Origin: Octopus bimaculoides
Taxonomy: Eukaryota
DNA length: 33,167 nt
Direction of reading: 5' to 3'
Assembly (NCBI RefSeq): GCF_001194135.2
Contig: NC_068990.1
Span: 51,586,399-51,619,565, forward strand
How positions within the stretch are numbered: position 1 is the first letter of the stretch; the number at the start of each line of letters is the position of its first letter. A program made the translations under genes and the position numbers. Shown piece after piece: positions 27,045-33,167 of this stretch. The notes below the pieces were generated by a model. That model was not told the DNA's origin, made no database searches, and saw nothing but the letters and a program-made list of their open reading frames with translations.

Positions 27045-27170
27045 GAACTTAATGAAGCAAGCCAGCATGCTCCCAGAATTACCACGAGCGATGGCGCGCT
27101 TAAAGTGTTGACAAAGCCAAGCGCTCTCACGCGCATCACCCGACACCAGGTGATGTGAAATGCAAATGTT
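27045..27170 (-). mobile_element. Probable extreme 3' fragment of a CRE-type RLE non-LTR retrotransposon
   Basis: VSGDARESAWLCQHFKRAIARGNSGSML resembles the CRE C-terminal pattern GD.RE..(W/F)L.QR.S.A.QRGN..S.L; the match is short. Confidence 0.55.
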
Positions 27171-27407
27171 GACAAGGGTTAATATATAGTTTACTAGCTT
27201 ATAAGCTAGTATATAGCTTTTAAGCAACTAACTCCGAATGGAAAGATCTGCAAACAGATCTCTGACTTGCTTCAGAAGAGGCTATGTTCGGATCGCAACT
27301 AAGCCTTAACCTAAGCCTTAGCTCACCTAGTGAGAGCTGGCTCGGGAGCCTCTAAAAGGCAGCGACTAATCCCGATCTAGTCCTAATCCCTCCTCAGAGT
27401 ACTATCG

Positions 27408-27650
27408 GTCAAGGTTGCATCGAAAATATGCATTGGAGAAGGTTACCTCGAAGATCTGCATCGAAGATCTGCATTGGAGAAGGTTGTATTGAATGTCATG
27501 TTTGCATTGGATAAGGATGCATCAAAGGTTTGTATTGGAGATCTGCAGTGAAGAAGGTTGACTCAAAGAGTTGGATTGGATAAGGTTGCATTAGAGATCT
27601 GCATTGGAGAAGGTTAATTCGAAGGTTTGCATTGGGGATCCGGATTGGAG
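27408..27650. repeat. Degenerate minisatellite built from TGCATTGGAG/AAGGT/GATC modules
   Basis: Repeated tgcattggag, aaggttgcat and gaagatctgcat units read directly. Confidence 0.8.
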
Positions 27651-27904
27651 TATCTTAGGAAAACTTACCAAGAGCCTTAACAAAAAATAAGGGGCCTGGC
27701 CCTTCTAGCCTAACTCTATGAGCAACTTGGCCAAGCGCTGATATCGGCCGAGTGAGCATTGTTGTCGGAGAAGTCAGCATTGTCCAGTAAAGAAGAGGAA
27801 GAGTCCATGAGTCATGTTACCATGGTTTGAGAATATGTCCGGCTAATGCTTCCGGATCACCTGTTTATAACCACATCGGCTGCAATGATGACTTGTTCTT
27901 CTTT

Positions 27905-28240
27905 CTACGTTTATAAAACTTCGCTATATACAACATTGCGTGTTTTGCCCTGAGGAGCATACACAAAAAGAGCGTTTCTCCTTCCCCAGACTGAAGTAGG
28001 CCACATAAAGTTGCCAATGTGAAAAGCACGGCTCCCCCAAATGGATGCCCGCCACCGATAGTGTTTGACCTTGGGATTTGTCGATGAACATGGTGAAGCA
28101 TGGCCTCCCCAGGAACTGCGATCTGCGTAAGTTAAACATGTCTGACCCCGAGGGATAAAGGTGCATCCTTGAAATGAAAACATTTTCCCCCCTCCCGCAC
28201 CCTGTAACAATGGTGGCCTCAATAAAGTGAGGCGTCAGTG
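27905..28240 (-). pseudogene. Helitron Rep-helicase C-terminal PIF1-like helicase fragment
   Basis: GENVFISRMHLYPS..RRSQF...CFTMFIDKSQGQTLSVAGIHLGEPCFSHWQLYVA, then by frameshift KTRNVVYSEVL*. This matches Helitron motifs TINKSQGQTL, FSHGQLYVA and KNIVY.EVL. Confidence 0.88.
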
Positions 28241-28264
28241 ATTGACTACCAAGCNNNNNNNNNN

Positions 28265-28299
<35 letters not shown>

Positions 28300-28322
28300 C
28301 ACACACACACACACACACGCAT
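28265..28322. repeat. (CA)n microsatellite
   Basis: Direct reading. Confidence 0.95.
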
Positions 28323-29242
28323 ACAAACAACCACAGACTTGGTGTTATTGTTGTTGTGATGCGTGTACTCTCTATCCCATTTGAATTGTTGTTTTGAGGT
28401 GTTTCACTCATTGGATGGTAGGTTTTTTGGGAGGTGGAATTTAAAGCAATGATTTATTTCTGATATCATTATATCATCGAAGATTTTATGGCAGAAGATA
28501 AGTTTTAGGGAACTTGAATAGCATGTTCGGAACTCGTTTCTAATGTTGAAATGCCATATATAAAAAAATGCTTTAAATCACATAGGAAGAAAAACGACTA
28601 CAGCACGAAGTCATCGATTTGCCTCGACCACCGTACAGAGAATTTCATAAACAGAAATGAATGGAAAGAATGTTGTGGATGAACAAAGTTTGTTGTGAGG
28701 TTTCTAGCGAACAGAAATTTAAAAAGTTAGAATGCAGACACTCTACGTAAGAAAGGTAACAGTCAAGTAAAGAATTAAACATAAAAGCAAACAAAAACTT
28801 AGAAACGAAATGTACTAGTTGTTAATTACATCATCATTAGGTTTTGTTTTCTAATTGAATAAACCAACATTAATTATCTAACATTCAAAATTTTATTTAA
28901 AATGAAATATATAGAAAAATTAAAACTATATATGCATTTCTTTCAGAGGGATTCATCTTTGTTTTTCTGTATAATACTTTTCGTCATTGCGAGACAAGGG
29001 ACTTAACACATATTAGAAAACTTACAGATTTCACCGACATGAAAATTGGTAAAAGTTATGGCTGAATATCGATTTTTACCGCTGAACGAGAGTGCCTCGT
29101 GGAAAATAAGCTGACAAAAGCACAGCCATGGTCGTGACCAATGTCATCCTAAAATTAGAGCGACATGCGTGCTAATTTGTGGACGTGCACAAAGTACATT
29201 CACGTACACACGCACATCCTGCATTTTATAGGTATAGATTAA

Positions 29243-29302
29243 GGCGGACAGCTGGCAGAATCCTTAGTACGCCGGGCGAAATGCTTATCAGTATTTCGTC
29301 TG
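29243..29302 (+). mobile_element. Isolated 5' head of a tRNA-SINE (same family as 29580-29813)
   Basis: ggcggacagctggcagaatccttagtacgccgggcgaaatgctta.c.gtatttcgtctg matches the head of the minus-strand copy. Confidence 0.8.
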
Positions 29303-29577
29303 ATATTTCTTCAATATATTTTGATCGAATTTCTGACTTTTTGATTGATTCTTTTATGTCTCTCCAAAGTCTTTCAATGATTTGTGAGTGTATTTTTTCT
29401 CTATGTGCTATCAGCAAAATTTCGTTATTTTTATGTAGGCATATCACTGTTTGGTAATACGCCAGGTGAACGAAGGAAATCAACTAGCTTTTGATCATTA
29501 CAATGCATTCATAGTACTCAAAATTACAATTTTCACAGATATTGAAATTCTCCAATCTCATCGTTTAATGGGAGAAA
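29303..29577 (-). mobile_element. Merlin-like internally deleted remnant with candidate terminal repeat
   Basis: IHSQIIERLWRDIKESI resembles ISXO2 HTQ.IE.LW..K. The outer 20 bp are the reverse complement of 25532-25551. Confidence 0.55.
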
Positions 29578-29579
29578 CA

Positions 29580-29813
29580 TATTTATGTCTTGATTCCCCA
29601 CAGGGCCTAAACATAGAGGGGAGAAACAAGGACAGACAAAGAGATTATGTCGATTACATCGACCCCAGTGCGTAACTGGTACATATTTAATGTACCCCGA
29701 AAGGATGAAAGGCAAAGTCGACCTCGGCAGAATATAAACTCAGAACGTAGCGGCAGACAAAATACCGCTAAGCATTTCGCCCGGCGTGCTAACGTTTCTG
29801 CCAACTCGCCGTC
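29580..29813 (-). mobile_element. tRNA-derived SINE with a conserved central core
   Basis: Head ggcgagttggcagaa..gttctgagt. The central ccgaggtcgactttgcctttcatcctttcggggt...agtaccag resembles the widespread metazoan SINE core (Meta-domain-like, from memory). Tail ends ttaggccctgtggggaatcaaga. Confidence 0.82.
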
Positions 29814-29859
29814 TTGATCGGAGAAAAATATTGTGTAGATGTATGTGTATTTTAACGTG

Positions 29860-29863
29860 CGTA

Positions 29864-29913
<50 letters not shown>

Positions 29914-30271
29914 TGTTGTTTGAGTATATGTGTGTGTATGAGTGGGTACATGCATGCACGTATGAGTATGTGTGTAAATATATGCATATTATATATATAT
30001 GTATGTACATATATATAGGTATATGTCTATGTATAATTTTTTTTTTTAACCGTTGGCTGCATAAATAGTGACATATATATGTGTAGATGGCTAAGCGTAT
30101 ATATGTGTACACTTTAAGATTATACGTATATATGTGAGAGTGTATACGTGTTTATATGATTGTGTGCGTTTGTACGTATGTATAAGTAGCTTTATATTTG
30201 CATGTATGTATCTAAGACGTTGTATCCATTCACCGTTAGACAGTGTGAGAGGGACACACACACTCACACAC

Positions 30272-30305
<34 letters not shown>

Positions 30306-30374
30306 NNNNNNNNNNGCATTCATACGCATGTACAGATATGCATACCCACATATTTATAGGCATACATACATACA

Positions 30375-30400
<26 letters not shown>
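29860..30400. repeat. (TG)n, (TA)n and (CATA)n microsatellite-rich tract
   Basis: Direct reading. Confidence 0.9.
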
Positions 30401-30405
<5 letters not shown>

Positions 30406-30429
30406 CATGAACTAACTGTTACTTTCTTA

Positions 30430-30628
30430 GATGCAGGACGGAATTTTGTCAGTGAACAGGTCGCTCAAAGCGACGGAAATATTTTGACAAATAAAATTTA
30501 AATGTTGAAGTGAATCTAACGGTTTTGTGCGTTTTTAAATGGCCTATAAATATCTTCCACGCTGCAATTGTTTTTGTTTCAGCACACGTTCTCAGATCAG
30601 GTCACTTGCTATGCAAGTACATCTCTGT
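30430..30628 (+). mobile_element. Single-arm copy of family P1, hammerhead-like motif at 30445-30491
   Basis: Aligns to 16949-17154. The stem II loop is 4 nt shorter and GAA reads GGA. Confidence 0.85.
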
Positions 30629-30652
30629 AATATATGTATGTATATTTATATA

Positions 30653-30683
<31 letters not shown>

Positions 30684-31649
30684 ATTTATATATAATATAA
30701 ATAATACATATGCATATATACATACGTATATGTACATACCTACATGTATACGTATAAACATATGCATATGTGGGCACAAGACGTCACAAAACGTAAACAA
30801 CATAAAATAGGAATAAATTCAATATGAACTTCTTTTGTGAACAACGAAAGAAGCAAATGGAAAACGAGATAAACAGCATAAAGAGCAACCCTTCGTCAGT
30901 TGTCGGCTGTTTCTCTAATCCGTATTTCGACTATTTCATGACAAGATACGCCTTCGATAAAACAGTTGCTCCCGCAAAGCAAATCAAATAAAATTTGGGA
31001 TTTTGCGGAGGGTCAAAATTGGTAACAAACACAGGACAGTGAAAACAAACAGGAAGGGCTGCTAAGCCTAAACGAGGTGAGGTGGTGAACGCAGAGAAAC
31101 AAGCTTGGACAGAAGACAGACAAGAATACGTCTGATTCGTCCAGCTACAACATAAAGAAACAAACAAAAGTTAGAAGAAGGAAGATAGCCGATGGTCACG
31201 TGGGAGCTACGAGAGCAAAGGAAGAAGATTAAGGGAGAGAGAGAGAGAGTGACAGACAGAGAACTGTGAAGGGGAATAGAAAAGATTTGGAGAAAGGATA
31301 AGAGAGAAAGATGAGAGTGGGAGAAGGGAGTAAAAGAATAAGAGAAGGAAGAGAGAAAACGAAAGAGTAATAGGATAGAATAGAGTGTCGTATCAGAATT
31401 ATTAAGATAAAACTTATTTGGGAAAGGATGCGTGGCATTCAATCATATAATAATATAAATAATATATATATGCATATACGTATACACTCTGGTATATATA
31501 TATATATATATATATNNNNNNNNNNNNNNNNNNNNNNNNNNNNNNNNNNNNNNNNNNNNNNNNNNNNNNNNNNNNNNNNNNNNNNNNNNNNNNNNNNNNN
31601 NNNNNNNNNNNNNNNNNNNNNNNNNNNNNNNNNNNNNNNNNNNNNNATA

Positions 31650-31855
31650 TACACCAGAGTAAGCGCATAAATGCGAAACAAGGTGGGAAAATAGTACTCG
31701 AATACCAGAGGTAGAGTAATATGCTTTATGAAAATGCAGCAAAAATATCACAAAACGTGTTACTCAGTTTCACGTTCCCGTTCATCGGACAGTTTTGTTT
31801 AGAATGGAGCAGGACAAGGTTATATGCAGAATTCTGCATATAACTTTATCTTGCA
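31650..31855 (-). mobile_element. Family P2 short element (left arm plus inversion centre)
   Basis: The reverse complement aligns to 33038-33148. A ~30 bp near-palindrome is centred on GAATTC at 31829-31834. Confidence 0.8.
31752..31796 (-). ncRNA. Hammerhead-like motif, core CCGAUGA
   Basis: aaaactgt-CCGATGA-acg ggaa cgt-GAAA-c tga g-TA-acacgtttt; stem I has a one-base bulge. Confidence 0.55.
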
Positions 31856-31969
31856 TTTAATTAAACTAATGAGCAATTTCCTATTTTTAACATATTAATA
31901 TTATATACACCAGACAGTTTTTTTCTTAATTGTTTGCGTACATACGTTATGATGTTTATATTTATCTTG

Positions 31970-32089
31970 ATGTGAAGACATATCACGTTGAAAGTACCGG
32001 TTCTCGTTCGATCACCGAAGTTAAGCAACATCGAGCCTAGTTAGTACTTAGATGGGTGACCGCTTGGGAAACCTAGGTGCTGTAAGCAT
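31970..32089 (+). pseudogene. 5S rRNA pseudogene (first ~7 nt diverged)
   Basis: atatcacgttgaaa..accggttctcgttcgatcaccgaagttaagcaac..gagcctagttagtactt.gatgggtgaccgcttgggaa.cctaggtgctgtaagc matches metazoan 5S, with internal A/C-box regions. The 5' strand of helix I no longer pairs with tgtaagc. A T5 run follows at about 32095-32099. Confidence 0.9.
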
Positions 32090-32098
32090 TTCTCTTTT

Positions 32099-32255
32099 TG
32101 TCCCCGTAACTTAGCGGTTCGGCTAAAGAGACCGATAGAATAAGTACTAGGCTTACAAAGAATAAGTCCTGGAGTCGATTAGCTCAACTAAAAGGCGGTG
32201 CTCCAGCATGGCCACAGTTAAATGACTGAAACAAGTAAAAGAGTAAAAAAGAGTA
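32099..32255 (+). mobile_element. 3' half of the tRNA-SINE family seen at 13787-14152
   Basis: Aligns to about 14030-14152 and ends in gagtaaaa repeats. Confidence 0.88.
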
Positions 32256-33037
32256 TACATACATATATATGCGTACATATTTTTGCATATTTGTATGCTT
32301 ATTTATATGTGTGTATATTTGTATGTATGTATTTATGCAGATATACATGTAATTTTGTGTGTGCGTTTCTATATGTGTTCGTTGCGCAAAACATCAATTC
32401 ATAACTCCCAACCCCAATCTGTTTTTTCTCTTTCTTTCTCTAATTTTCTGTTTCTCTTTCTTTTATTTCTTTTTCTTCTTTTCCACTGTTCTCTTTCTCT
32501 CAATACTTATTACCTGATATTTTTCCTTCTTTTTCTTTCGCCTGTAGCAACTAACTTGTATAAGCATACGCCAAGAGATTTCGTGAGCGTGCGTGTGCAC
32601 ACATATATATGCATTTGTATATATTTATGTCTTGCCTATATATGTCTGTATATGTATGTGGCCATGTACCTGCGTTTGTATGTTTAGTGTATATACGTAT
32701 GCTATAAATTGTTTGGTATGTGTTTAAATTACTAAATGTAAATGTAATCTAGCGTGAAATATTTTAAACTGATATATCTTTTATTACCGACATAATGCCC
32801 CTCCCACGGTTCAATAGAATTTATTAGTATTTTTACAGCAAATTATTTACCCTAGGTATTCAGGGATATTCCTTCTTCATAAGCTATTTTTGATTTAAGG
32901 TTTTCTTCGATTTTATAATGATATGATTTTAAACCATTATTTCTTTTTCATGCAACCGGTTATTGAAAAGACCGTTAGTTGAAAGGACCAATGAAACAAA
33001 CCCATTTTCAAATGTGTATCTATCAAAGTAATTGTAT

Positions 33038-33148
33038 TTCTGCATATAACTTTATCTTGCACCATTCTAAACAAAACTGTCCGACGAACGGGAACGTGAA
33101 ACTGTAAGTAACAGTTTTTGTGATATTTTTTGCTGCTTTTTGATAAAG
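33038..33148 (+). mobile_element. Family P2 right arm
   Basis: Roughly 85-90% identical by eye to the reverse complement of about 31722-31831. Confidence 0.8.
33073..33118 (+). ncRNA. Hammerhead-like motif, minimal type I, core CCGACGA
   Basis: Perfect 8 bp stem I AAAACTGT/ACAGTTTT, stem II ACG-GGAA-CGT, GAAA-C..G-UA, predicted GUA site with cut after 33110. Activity is untested. Confidence 0.62.
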
Positions 33149-33167
33149 TATATATATATATATATAT

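Noticed and set aside
27408-27650. Possible CRISPR-like repeat array
   Set aside because: Units are degenerate and contiguous, with no unique spacers and no cas genes, in a eukaryotic context.
30870-30930. CTGACGA on the minus strand as another hammerhead core
   Set aside because: There is no stem II followed by GAAA, and no valid stem I or NUH arrangement in any topology I tried.
31489-31660. ~14 bp inverted match (actctggt.tatat) across the gap
   Set aside because: Too short, half low-complexity, and adjacent to Ns.

Overview
Eukaryotic, AT-rich, transposon-dense region of a draft assembly with many N gaps. It resembles a cephalopod (Octopus-like) genome, inferred from the SINE types and microsatellite load. 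I find no intact host gene and no prokaryotic system or CRISPR array. The window is a stack of decayed mobile elements: about five families of R4/Dong-clade RLE non-LTR retrotransposons, mostly in (TAA)n tracts; a near-complete HERO/NeSL-like element; Tc1, Tigger/pogo and Merlin (IS1595-like) transposase remnants; a Helitron helicase fragment; a probable CRE fragment; two tRNA-SINE families; and a 5S rRNA pseudogene. The most interesting signal is two unrelated short repeat families that each fold into a minimal type I hammerhead-ribozyme-like structure with a non-canonical core (G3:C8-swapped GUGAACA in one, CCGAYGA in the other). Both occur as inverted pairs with CAGAATTCTG at or near the inversion centre, which suggests Penelope-like pseudo-LTRs or retrozymes. 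All family calls come from motifs read by eye, and no searches were run.
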